A DNA stretch of 20,000 nt, from positions 57,027-77,026 of the forward strand of contig QPGO01000278.1 of the NCBI GenBank assembly GCA_008632985.1, written 5' to 3'. Made by a program: the position numbers and the translations under genes. The stretch comes from Psammoneis japonica. Taxonomy: Eukaryota. The notes under the pieces were generated by a model. It was given only the letters and a program-made list of their open reading frames with translations. It was not told where the DNA came from and did not search any database. Below are positions 1 through 10,360 of this stretch, one piece after another (position 1 is the first letter of the stretch; the number at the start of each line of letters is the position of its first letter).

Positions 1-631
1 GAAAGGCGACCTTTGTGAGCTTGTGGCAGAATTCACCATTTGCTTCACTGCCGTGGAAGCCTTGCACGCCAAGACGGATCCCACTGCACCCCCAGCCTGC
101 TCGGAACGCCAGAAGTCTCTCAAATTGCTGGAGGGTGCTCCTTCTCAAACACCGCCTGAATGAGATTGGGGACTCCGCTCCCCTGCCCCATGATCTCCAC
201 CTGGTCTCTCTTGTCACACAGATTGACCCCAGGCTCACTGCGAATGCCGACCCGATGGGATCTTTGAGTGCATTCCACGGCCGACTGTCTCGCGGCCGCC
301 AGTCCGTTTCGCCAGATCGACAGCACACCCCATTCCAGCCCCAGAAGGATCTCATTTGTGATGCATGCGGAGCGTGCGGCCACAGTCATTGTGGCTGCAC
401 TAACCTGGCCCGCACTGCTTTGCTGTTGGATTTCATTGAGGTGAACATGGAGAAAGCCAAGTCCATTGTTTCTAAATGGCAGTCTCACAACCAACGCCGC
501 AAGGACTCGCCACGCCCAACTGCCCGTCCATTTACGGCCGATGTCTCTCATGACATTGCCGACCATGTGATGGATGAAACGGCCTCGGACCTCCTGTTTG
601 AATCGGGCGCACCTCTGGATTTTTTTTGTAA
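1..631 (+). pseudogene. gag: copia gag C-terminal part with CCHC zinc knuckle
   Basis: CDACGACGHSHCGC (C-x2-C-x4-H-x4-C) at 357-398 in ORF 15..662, followed by GGATTTT and a T-run at the gag/pol junction. Confidence 0.75.
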
Positions 632-675
632 GCCAGCCGCATGCTCCATCATTGTGCGGTGAACGGCTCACCAAT
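617..675 (+). promoter_or_regulatory. Putative -1 ribosomal frameshift signal (G GAT TTT slippery site plus downstream stem-loops) at the gag/pol junction
   Basis: GGATTTTTTTT (617-627) followed by TAA (629-631). Potential stems CCGCAT/GTGCGG and GGTGA/TCACC follow. The present 8-T run does not give a -1 register to pol; 6 or 9 Ts would. Confidence 0.5.
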
Positions 676-3600
676 GGCTGCGGGGCAGATGATCGGGACG
701 ATTCATCGTCTCTGCCTTCCACTGACTCTCCGATCCCTCCTCCAATCTGTTGCTCATTCGAATCCAGCATCCCCTGCTTTAATCAGCTGCCGGACTGGAG
801 TCATTCAGGCCACCCTCCCAATCTCGCTAGCATGGATTCGGATTCTACGACGTTGCACTCGATGCGGGACGACGACTCACTTTCCCTGTCAGACGAGTTG
901 TGGGCTGCGGCGGTCGAGGATTTTGCCGAAGATCCTCAGGCTGCTCTTCACCACTTTGCCACCAAATTTGAGTCAATGGAGTCCGTCACTCCTCCCACCA
1001 TTGCGCTTTCCACAGCTCTGGCACTGGAACATGAAACCGCATCACTGCCCACCTTTCACCATGCCAGTGTTGGGAACCTCACTCCGGACTCTCCAGTGGA
1101 AGTGTCAGGACAGACGGACACAGGTGCCAATTGCAGCGCCACATCTCAACGACACCTGCTTGCCAACTGCCGCCGCTTTATGAATCCCAAACCCACGAGC
1201 ACAGCTTCTGCATCCAACACCACCCTCACGGCGCTGGGTGCAGGCATGTGCATCATCCGTGACATGGATGATCCCGAGCATGACATTCCGATGTTCTGCT
1301 GCCCTGGGCTGGGTGAAACCCTGATTTCGCCTGATCATCTGTGCAGAGCGTCCAAAGAACAATGCAGCCAATGCCATGCTTCGCACTTTCAGGATTCTGG
1401 TCATGGCATGCTCACGGTGACTGATCGGGACCGCTCCCTCATCCGGTCTTTTCCGATGGTGCGCGCTGACGGCTTGTGGTTCATGCCACGGCTCCACCCC
1501 GATGTGCCACCAACTGACGGACACACGGAACTGGAGGGTGCAATGCGCACGTTGCGGATGCATCCACCGACATCGAGAGACCTCGGACATGAGTTCGATG
1601 TGCCCAATCCTCCCGGCAAATGCGAACAGCTTGACTCGGATGCCCCATCATCCCCTGCACCCACGGACCCTGTCCCCGAGCATCCCAGTGTCAGCGAGGA
1701 CCCGCCCGATGTTCCCGCTCCCCACTTGTCCTCCCTTCAACGCATTGACACCAGCGAACTGTGGCACCACCGCCTGGGTCACCCTGGCATGCACCAACTG
1801 TCATGCCTCCGCCGTCATGCTACAGGCATCCCATCGTCCGCTGATGCCACACCTCATCCCCATTGATCATGCTCCGCATGCAACGATGCCTGGCACAGGT
1901 GTGCTCCCATGGGCACCCCACAGGATGACATGGACTTGGAGCCAGCGGCGTGTTTCCAGATGGACTGCAGGCACATGTGATGCGGAAAGGACGGCATTGA
2001 GCGCATTGTTCAATCACGGGACGGGTGCAATTCGCACCCACTGGTTGTGGATGCTAAAACTCGGCACACGTGGGTGTTCCTCACCCCGAGTGAGGACCCA
2101 CCAATTGAACTGGTGGACGCTTTCCTAGCTCGGCACAAGCGCACCAATGGTGCAAGCACGGTCAGGGCAGATCAAGGTGGAGAACTGGCCCACTCTGAGG
2201 AATTCCGGAAGGTTTGTTTGAAACACGACCATGTCGTGGAGCCCACCGGTGCGGACGCCCCATGGCAGAATGGCAGGGTTGAGATTTTGAATCGCACTTT
2301 TGGCGTCATGGTGCGAGCTCTGCCATGCTCATTGGGTCTCCCGGCCACCTGCTGGGCCGATGCCCTCACCCATGCGGTGTACCTCAAGAACCGGCTGTGG
2401 CACTCGGCCATCGATGTGACTCCGCACCAGGCATGGACGGGTGAGGTTCCAGACTTGTCACATCTCCGGGCATTTGGATCTCGCATGTGTGCTCGGCGTC
2501 CTGGGAAACTGGCTGCCAAATTGGACAAACATGCCTTCCACGGCATCTTTGTTGGACACTCGGCTGCGGACGGCAACGTGCGACATGTGGATGCCACATC
2601 CGGACGAGAGAAGTCTACTCCGCACGCCATGTGCAACGAGGCACACTTCACTCAACCGATTGGGCCTCCTGGTCCTCAGCTCTTGTTCGATCTTGGCATC
2701 CAACAGGTTGCACCTCCATCCCCGCCTCCCCACAAGCCAGCGGCCCCAGCACCACACCCCCCTTGTGCTCAACAAAGGCTTGTCTCCACCCCCCCCCCTG
2801 ATGAGCCTGATCCAGGGTTTGCCGCTTGGTGAAAACACGTTGTTTCCCAATGCCCAATGTCACGCGATGGCTGCTGCTTTTGCATCCAAGGACCCCGTCA
2901 CCCCCGAATCCGTTGCCAATGTTGCGATGTCCTTCGATCCGTGTGACGACTCTTTTGATGTACCTTTGCCCAGCCGCGGGTCTAGAAAACCAAGATTGGG
3001 TTTTGAGTTTGACTGTGACCCCCGCCGCCATCGACTGCGACTCCGTCANGTCACTGTCACCCTGGATCACAGGCGGCGCGGATCCCACGATGGCTATCCG
3101 AACTCCGACGCTCGTGCCTCATTGCAGTTAACACCCGGCCTGTCCACGATTTTGCTGACCTCGACCGCGTTTTAGCCGACATCAATCCGGATGCTCAGGA
3201 CGTTGTGCTCCGCTTTGCCCACGACCACCGGTCACCGACATTGGATGCTGCGGGATTGCCACAACTGTTTTTGGACCAGATCAACCACGTCCACCATCAG
3301 CTCAACTCCATGCATGACCCCACTCTTCCTTCATTGTACAAGCTCACACGCCGGAAACTCCAGACGCAGGAAGATTGGCCCGACTGGGAATCGGGTGAAT
3401 TCAAATGGCTCGACATGCACAACAGCCAAGGCATGTTTGGGGATCCCATTCCTGCCCCTCAGGAAGCCCGCGGTGTTCCCATGGGTGTGGTCACACTTGG
3501 TTAAGAACGATGCGGCCCGCACCAAGAAGGCCGGCGGAGCATGTGATGGCAGCCCCAGAGCTGGATTCGTCCAAACACTGGCCCAGACACATGCCGCGTC

Positions 3601-5070
3601 TGTTGAGCAACCTGGCACTCGCCTGTTCTTTGCTTTGGCAGCCCTTAAAAACAAACGGGTGTACGGCGCGGATGTCAGCAATGCCTTCGCTGAAGCTCCT
3701 CCTCCTGAGCAACGGCTCTGCATGAGAGTGGACAAAGTTTTTCAAAACTGGTGGACCAAACACCTGGGTCGCCCTCCCATCCCCGAGGGCTGTGCACTGC
3801 CTGTGCCACACGCGCTCTCCAGGGTCACCCCGAATCTCCCCGTTTGTGGAGCATGCATGTGGACAAGATCATCCGTGAACACCTCCATCTTGCCCCAACC
3901 ACCCATGAACCATGCACACACAGCGGCACAGTGAATGGCGAAGAGGTGCCATTTCTGCGTCAAGTCAATGATTTCGCCATTGCAATGGACTTGGACGCCA
4001 CATGTCAACACATGTGCGACATTGTGGATGACCATCTTGCCGGTGGCAAGATTGAACATCAGGGCTTGCTCACCCTGTTTCTTGGTTATGATGTGGAACA
4101 GACAAAAGACTGCATCCGGCTGCAAAGTGCCTCCTGCATAAAACGGATCTTGGCTGACCATGCTTTCCTGACTGACGACAACCTCGGCCCACCTCCCGCC
4201 ATCCCGATGCCCGGTGATGCCTCCCATTCCAAATCCCTTGATGAGGCTCCCACTCCGACTGACTCCAAGGCATCCAAGACCCTTCAACAACAACAGGGTT
4301 TCTCTCACCGGAAGGCAGTCAGTGCACTGACATGGGCCATGGTCACCACCTGCGTGGATCTCAGCTGCTCGATCACCAAGCTAAGTCAATTCAGCTCCAA
4401 TCCTGGACAACTGCACTGTGAAGGTGTGAAGCATTCTCTCCAGCACCCCAAGCATCACCCGGATTTCGGACTTACATGCTGGCGTCAACAACCCAACACG
4501 ATGCTCCCCCATGCTCCTCCTCCACCTCCGATGACTGCACCCCATGACCGAGTGCCGCTGCCCCCTCAGGCTTCATCTCCTGCCGAGCTCACCGGCTACA
4601 AGGACTCTGATTGGGCTGCTGACATCCGACACCGCCGCTCGATTGCCGGCATTGCGTTTTTCCCAGCGGGAGCTGCAATCGCATGGAAGACCAGAGTGCA
4701 ACCGACTGTGTCAACCTCTTCATCGGAAGCAGAGTTTGTCGCTGCATCGGACACCGGCAAAATGGCACTTCATCTCCGGTCTGTCATGGATGAACTGTCG
4801 GTCCCCCAGATGCAAGCTACATTGGCATGCAAAGACAATGGTGCATCCCGCAAGATGGCCGCCGCAAGCCAACCCACACGCCGCACCCGCCACATTGATG
4901 TCCGCCATTTCGCTCTTCAAGACTGGGTCGAACACGACTTAGTTCGACTGGATCGCATTGACACATCAGCAAATTGCAGCGACATGCTCACCAAGAATGT
5001 GGCGCGCATCTTGTTTTTCTGCCATTTGGATGCGTTGAGTGGACGTCACCATCCCCTCTGTGTGCCAGAC
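620..5070 (+). pseudogene. pol: copia pol (PR-IN-RT-RNaseH), disrupted
   Basis: DTGAN at 1117-1131 and WHHRLGH at 1762-1782. In-frame TGA at 1864-1866 and 1978-1980 (probably from CGA Arg). Frameshifts near the C10 run 2789-2798, the N at 3049, ~3468 and ~3817. RT catalytic motif reads QVNDF instead of QVDDF. Confidence 0.93.
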
Positions 5071-5146
5071 AGCAGTGACGACACACCACTGCACTGTTCA
5101 CTAGAAGAAAAGTGCACCCAGACTCACAGGGGTCACGATTCTCCCA

Positions 5147-5157
5147 GTGTGGGGGGG
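5147..5157 (+). promoter_or_regulatory. Polypurine tract of copia element 1
   Basis: AGTGTGGGGGG(G) about 90 bp after the end of RNase H, where a copia PPT is expected. Confidence 0.7.
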
Positions 5158-6009
5158 TCTCAGTGGATCGTGTCATTCCCACTTAAGATGCAGGGATCTC
5201 TGTCAATCAGTTGTGCAGCTGGTAAAAAATTTTAATCTGTGACAGCCAATTTTTTTTAACTGTAGAGACCTCTTTTTGTCCACAAGAAAAAACCTCAAGG
5301 ACACATCCACGGGGGTGAGGGCAGACATTTACGGACCCACAATTTTTTGGGACAATGACCGGATGCACTGCACCAAATGCACGCGCGTTCGCCAAATGAA
5401 ATTCCAGCAATGGGTCTGACTTTGTCAGTTCCCAAGACATCATAGAATGCACAAACGATGGTTGTGACCATGTGCGATCTTTAGCTTGTCGACTGTAGAT
5501 GTGTCCACAGCCAATCAAACGCCAATTGTCGGCATTTCCTGGAAAGTTGCAGCTCATCTGCCATGAGCAGCGCGATTTTGGCGAAAATTGGCGGCAATTT
5601 CAACCTGGCAACAGGGCATGGGCCGACAAGTGGCATTTGAAGCTTCAAACATGCAGCTCACACAGCAGTCTAACAGCCCTGATGAGGGTTTGTCGAACAC
5701 ATGAGTGTTTGGGGGTGTTCGGAGACGGGTCCAAATGGCACGGCGAAGTGTGGGAAAATCAGCACCCACAACCCATTCGCCTCACCCCCGTGGACACATC
5801 CTTGACTGTGTAAATGTCCCCCTCTTTTCCCATTTGGGATGTGCCTTCATTCACTGTGACTGCTGACAATCAATGTCATTGGCAATTTTCACATCATGTG
5901 ACAGTTTTGTTGTCCAAAGGGACAAACACAATGAATTTGGTCCACTCTTTTCAATCAACCAAGATGCATCGCTGTGGCTTTGTGACATCTGTTGTCAATC
6001 AATGCTGAG

Positions 6010-7380
6010 TCAATGCTGCAGTCCTGGTTGTCCCACATTTCCAACTTGCTTGTGCTGGAGTCTCATTTCCTTTGCTTCCGTCACTGTCTTCCTGGCTGGA
6101 GCTGCATCTTCCTCCTCATCTCCTTTGCCACCTGGCGTCTCCATTGCTTCATCGTCCTCCTCGTCATCACTAGAAAGTTCCGTTGTTGCTTGCGTTCTTG
6201 TCTCCGTTTTCGCTGGCTCTTGAGTGGTTCTTGCCATTTTTCCCTTTTCTTTGCTCTCCTTTTTCTTTTTGTCTGTGTGCCACGTGTTGAAATGCACACC
6301 CTGCTCTCTCGCCCTGTCTTCCTTTGCCTCCTTTGGCAATGTGTTGAAGCACTTCATTCCTTCATCCTTCCAAGAGTCACGCTGTTGCAACGGGTCTGTG
6401 AACAACGAAGCCTGTTTTTCCTCTTCGCTCCCTTCCTCATCTGCCTTCTGCATCTTCTTGTGCTCCCAAACCTTCCAGCAGTTTTCCATCATCAACAGGG
6501 CCAGTGCCTTGTCGCTTGCAGCAGCCAGATCTGTGGCCTTGGTGCTTCCGGACTCCACCATCCTCCTCCACATCGCAGTGCTCTTCATGAATTTTGGGAT
6601 GTTGTGGTGGAACCATGCGCGCGCCTCTCTGTTCTTTCACTTCTCAAACACAATTGTGTCCACCGTCCCATCCTCCCAAGTTGCAATGAACTCTTCCTCA
6701 ATGTTGGCTTCATCCTGTTTCCGCTTCCTTCCGGATTTCTTCTTCCTTGCTTCATTCTTTTTTTTTTTTGTCGTGGATTTCCTCTGCTTGTTTTTCTGCC
6801 ACAACAACTGCAGAAAAATGAGCAATTCATTGGCAGCACCACTTTCCATTTTCGCTTTGGAAATGCTCCACTCCTCCTCACTTGCCACTCATTGCACTCC
6901 TCATTGTCATCTGACACACGGTGTTTCTTTTTGCATTGATCGCATTGAGCACGCTTTTTTTAGCCCAGTCCTCCCATGATCCCGCCCATTCGCGCTTGCT
7001 GAACTTGCCATCTGCTGTGTTTTTGCGCATTGGCCATGACACCTTGCCACCACTCGCCATGTCCACCTTCACAAGGAATTTCGCCTTTGGGAACAGCTCT
7101 CTCCATGCCACCTCTTCCACCTCTCTCTTTAGCGACTGGTGATCCACAGCAGCCCCTGACTGCTGCAATGCTGCCGCAAGCCTCAGGCTGTTGGGCGCTC
7201 CCTCCGCCCCTGTGGCACCCATCTTCGCCACTTTCTTCCTCCTTCCCATTGCCCTCAACTCATTGTGTTGCCGTCAGTTGCTCCAGTCCGCAACTGTGCA
7301 GTGCAACAGCTCTTCCAAAGAAGATTGTCTTTTCAAAACTTCAAACCTGTTCCCAACACTTGATGGTGATGCCACCTCCC
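6010..7380 (-). pseudogene. Degenerate uncharacterised protein gene (SDxALALLxxENxW...W...WxxEGxxxFNxL...EDR motif, acidic tail), probably TE-associated
   Basis: ORF pieces 6878..7258, 6637..6888 and 6010..6588 read as charged globular protein. Probable 78-nt intron 6885-6808 (GCAAGT...CTGCAG), in-frame TGA at 6637 and an A12 run. The motif resembles repeat-associated hypothetical diatom proteins (recall only). Confidence 0.55.
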
Positions 7381-7603
7381 CATCCTTGTGTGTCGTCAAC
7401 TGTCAAATCTTTCCCAAATCATCACAATTAGTGACATTCATCATTTGACTTTGAAAACCACATCCTTGGTTATGTTCACTCCAGTTCGAGAGACTGATCA
7501 TTCAATTTAAATTGCATGAACAATTGTCAATGACAATTTTGACATGTGACTTGATCATTGCATTTGAAACTTTTAATTGTGCAGAATCATGCATGAACAT
7601 CAA

Positions 7604-8881
7604 TCACTGTGGGTCAGAAGTTTGCATCCATGCTCCATGCGCTCTTAACCCCCAACAGAAACTCGGCACCAAAAACGATCTCCAACCCAATTCTTCCATT
7701 GCATCCTCCTCTAAATGGACAATGACAAAATTGCTGCACCTCCCCTCACATGAGCAATCAGTCATGTGATCAAACACGCTGGTCGCCTCACTGACACAAC
7801 CAACAAAACGCTCAATGTGATGACGACGGATCTTTTCCTTTTTCATTTTTAGAAATTGTCTCCGTAGTCTCCTGTCCTTTTCATCGTTACAACAACCGTT
7901 GGACCCTCCATCCAAGCCCATTTTCTTGATGATTTCCAAGATCCAACCGTCAACCTTCCTTGGCGTCAATTCAAAGAACTCCAATTTGTCACACCGCCAC
8001 AACCTGCAAGGTGCGTCTCGCTCCACTTGTTGCTCGAACAAATGCACCAGCTTCCTTGCATCAAACACGACACCCTTTCTGTCCACAACCAGTTTGCACA
8101 CATCTCCTGAACCATTGTCCAATGCAAGCGGTCCGCAATTCCCACTTTGGTCCATTCCATGTGTGGGCAAGCTGATGGTTGATTCCCCACTCAACGAATC
8201 AACATCTTGCTTGTCAATCGCCAGACAAAGCTCGCCCTCCCTTGATCCAGCTGCAAACTCATCAAAGAGCTCATTGCTTGGGTCGTTCAACCAACCGCTT
8301 GCCGAGTGCTGTTCTCCCTGCCTCTCCAGGTGCGTTGCCAGCAAGCTCCAATGCTGACGTGTTTTGTGAGCATTCCTTGCTCGCTCGATGATCAAACTTG
8401 AATGCTCGTCCTTGTTGTGAATGGAGAACATGGCCTGTGCAGCGTGCATGTGTTCCCTCACTTCCCTGGTCCATCCATGCATGTTCTCATGCACCCGGCT
8501 CATGATGTTGCATTTGGTTTCCCACAGTTCCTTCCATTTCTCCTTGATGGTTCGTTCATCTCTTTCCATGTTTTTCAAATGAATCTCCCAAATTTCTTTG
8601 ACATCTGCGGGCTCTTTGCCCAAGTCACCGCACATGACCTTGCTGCAGGAGCCAATTGAACAATGCATGTCCATGCAGTCTCTTTGCAAGTGGGGGTTCT
8701 TGGATGGTTCCTTCCTCCCGGTGCCCAGCCATCGACCTGGCTCTTTTTTAGCTGCGCTGCAGTCTGCCTCCATCTTTTCTTCTTTTGCTTCTTGTTTCAT
8801 GCTCTCCACCTCAGCCAGTTTCCTCCAGCAGTCATCAGGCCAGCGTGCCAGCAACAAATTGTTCTGGACAATGGAAGCCAT
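7604..8881 (-). pseudogene. Degenerate uncharacterised protein gene (core of the 589-codon ORF 7604..9373)
   Basis: From MASIVQNN (ATG at 8881) the translation is K/E/W-rich and protein-like but has no Tyr. True ends are uncertain because TAA/TAG stops are eroded. Confidence 0.45.
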
Positions 8882-9660
8882 GGTGCAACTGCAGGGGCTG
8901 ACAAAAGCAATCTTGCAGACACACACAATCCTTTTGGCATGTGCGTTGCCAAGGGCTTGGATGACAAGTGCGTCTTGGCTGGAGAGTGGCACAGGAGCAC
9001 ATGTTCGGCTGGAGTCAAGGATCCACTGAAACAGTTCTTGGAATGTTTGATGGTTCATGTGGACAAGACGGGACAGACAGCTTCGATGGGATCTTCTTGC
9101 GGAGAACCCATGACAGTGACCTCTGCGCATGTTGCCTTCACACAGTGGCACGACAAAGCCAAGTGGAGAGTTCTTGGACACATTCCCAACCTTGAAAAAA
9201 TGTCTTCTTCCACAGCCAAACAGCAGTCCAATGCGCGCAAGTCGGAAAAGGGGCAAAGTCTTCGTGAGTGCCACAAGGTTTTGAAAACCACACTTCAGCC
9301 TTTGCTTGACATGATGGAATGGGGTGGCTTCAAATGTCATGTGCAACGAGGTGACGAGATCTGTCACATGCATTGTGTGAGGGATTTATCCTGTCCCGCA
9401 GTCTTAACTTTAGCTTTTTGATGAAATTAGAAAGAAAAATGCCAAATTTCCTTGGATTAATTTTGCTTTTAATTTTTTGCTTTTTTGGTTTTGGCTAAAT
9501 TTTGTGTGTTCATGTCATTTTTACATTGACATTTTGCTCGAAAAGGGAACAAAAACAGGCAAATTGCTCAACTCATTCTGGTGACATTGGCGCGAGCTCT
9601 GGCCAACGGGAGTGCGAGCTCCAAATGCCACGAGCTCCAAACCCGTGGCTGCTTTTTTGA

Positions 9661-9830
9661 TCGTGGCACAAAAAGCCAAAAACTGAAATCTCTGCCATGA
9701 ACCAAAATTCATCCAGTCCTGGCACAAGTGACCAAAAAATGAAATCCCTGCCACGAACCAAAATCTACCCAGTCGTGGCACAAAGGGCCGAAATCAGAAA
9801 TCTCTGCCACGAACCAAAATCCACCAAGTC
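9661..9830. repeat. Three tandem 56-bp units, each with internal inverted repeat TCGTGGCA...TGCCACGA
   Basis: Units start at 9661, 9717 and 9773; consensus ~TCGTGGCACAAnnnnCCAAAAAnnGAAATCTCTGCCACGAACCAAAATCCAnCCAG. Confidence 0.9.
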
Positions 9831-10360
9831 ACGATCCCTCGGTTGCTTCCCAAAGACAGACAGTTGAATCCAGTGCGCCATGGCCCAAGGCTCAAACAAG
9901 CAGGCAATTTGATTCACACCACAGTCCACAACCAAGCAAGAAGGATCGGCCATTCTCTGCAGACTCCCTCCAGATTGAATGAGTTCCTGCTTTGACAGAT
10001 GGGCTGGGGCAATGCCGAGGTGCTGTGGGGGGGGACGATGGTGTGCACTGTGCTCCGATTTTGTCGTTGCACCCACATCCATTGCCTGGGGACCTCTCGC
10101 ATGGTGATGAGGCACACTCACCCTTTGCTCTTGGCCTGACATCATCTCTGTTAATTCACCTGTGAAAGTTGGAGCACCAAGGCTGTGACAGCAGACACAT
10201 CACATCGCAGTGAAGTGTGAAGTGAGTGGGGCCATGTTTTGGAGCATTGGTCTTGAGGCGAGGTTCGGATCCAATCAATGCAGTCACACAGAAACGCATG
10301 CATTGATGAAATTTCCCGCCAAAAATTGTCAAACATTGGCGTGTCGCGTCATGTCCAAAC

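Larger units (their letters stand above)
1..5163 (+). mobile_element. Degenerate Ty1/copia LTR retrotransposon (diatom CoDi-like), 5' part outside the window, 3' LTR lost or interrupted
   Basis: Domain order: gag zinc knuckle, protease (DTGAN), pre-integrase (LWHHRLGHPG..CxxC), integrase (DQGGEL, QNGRVE), RT (GADVSNAFAEAPPP, LQGHPESPRLW, FLRQVNDFA), RNase H (DSDWAAD, SSSEAEFVAA, HIDVRHF, DMLTK), then a G-rich PPT. Integrase before RT defines copia. Confidence 0.95.
5164..9838. mobile_element. Possible non-autonomous DNA element inserted at the start of the copia 3' LTR
   Basis: Left end GGATCGTGTC (5165-5174) versus reverse complement of the right end GGGATCGTGAC (9828-9838). Subterminal 56-bp tandem repeats and two unknown genes inside. 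No transposase or TSD recognised. Confidence 0.3.

Noticed and set aside
5992..6979. Hydrophobic plus-strand ORFs 5992..6939 and 6224..6979 as membrane proteins
   Set aside because: They are the antisense of a K/E-rich minus-strand gene, left open by stop-codon erosion.
9661..9830. 56-bp repeats as a CRISPR array
   Set aside because: Contiguous tandem units without unique spacers, no cas genes, eukaryotic context. The same applies to the 42-bp units at 16089-16495.
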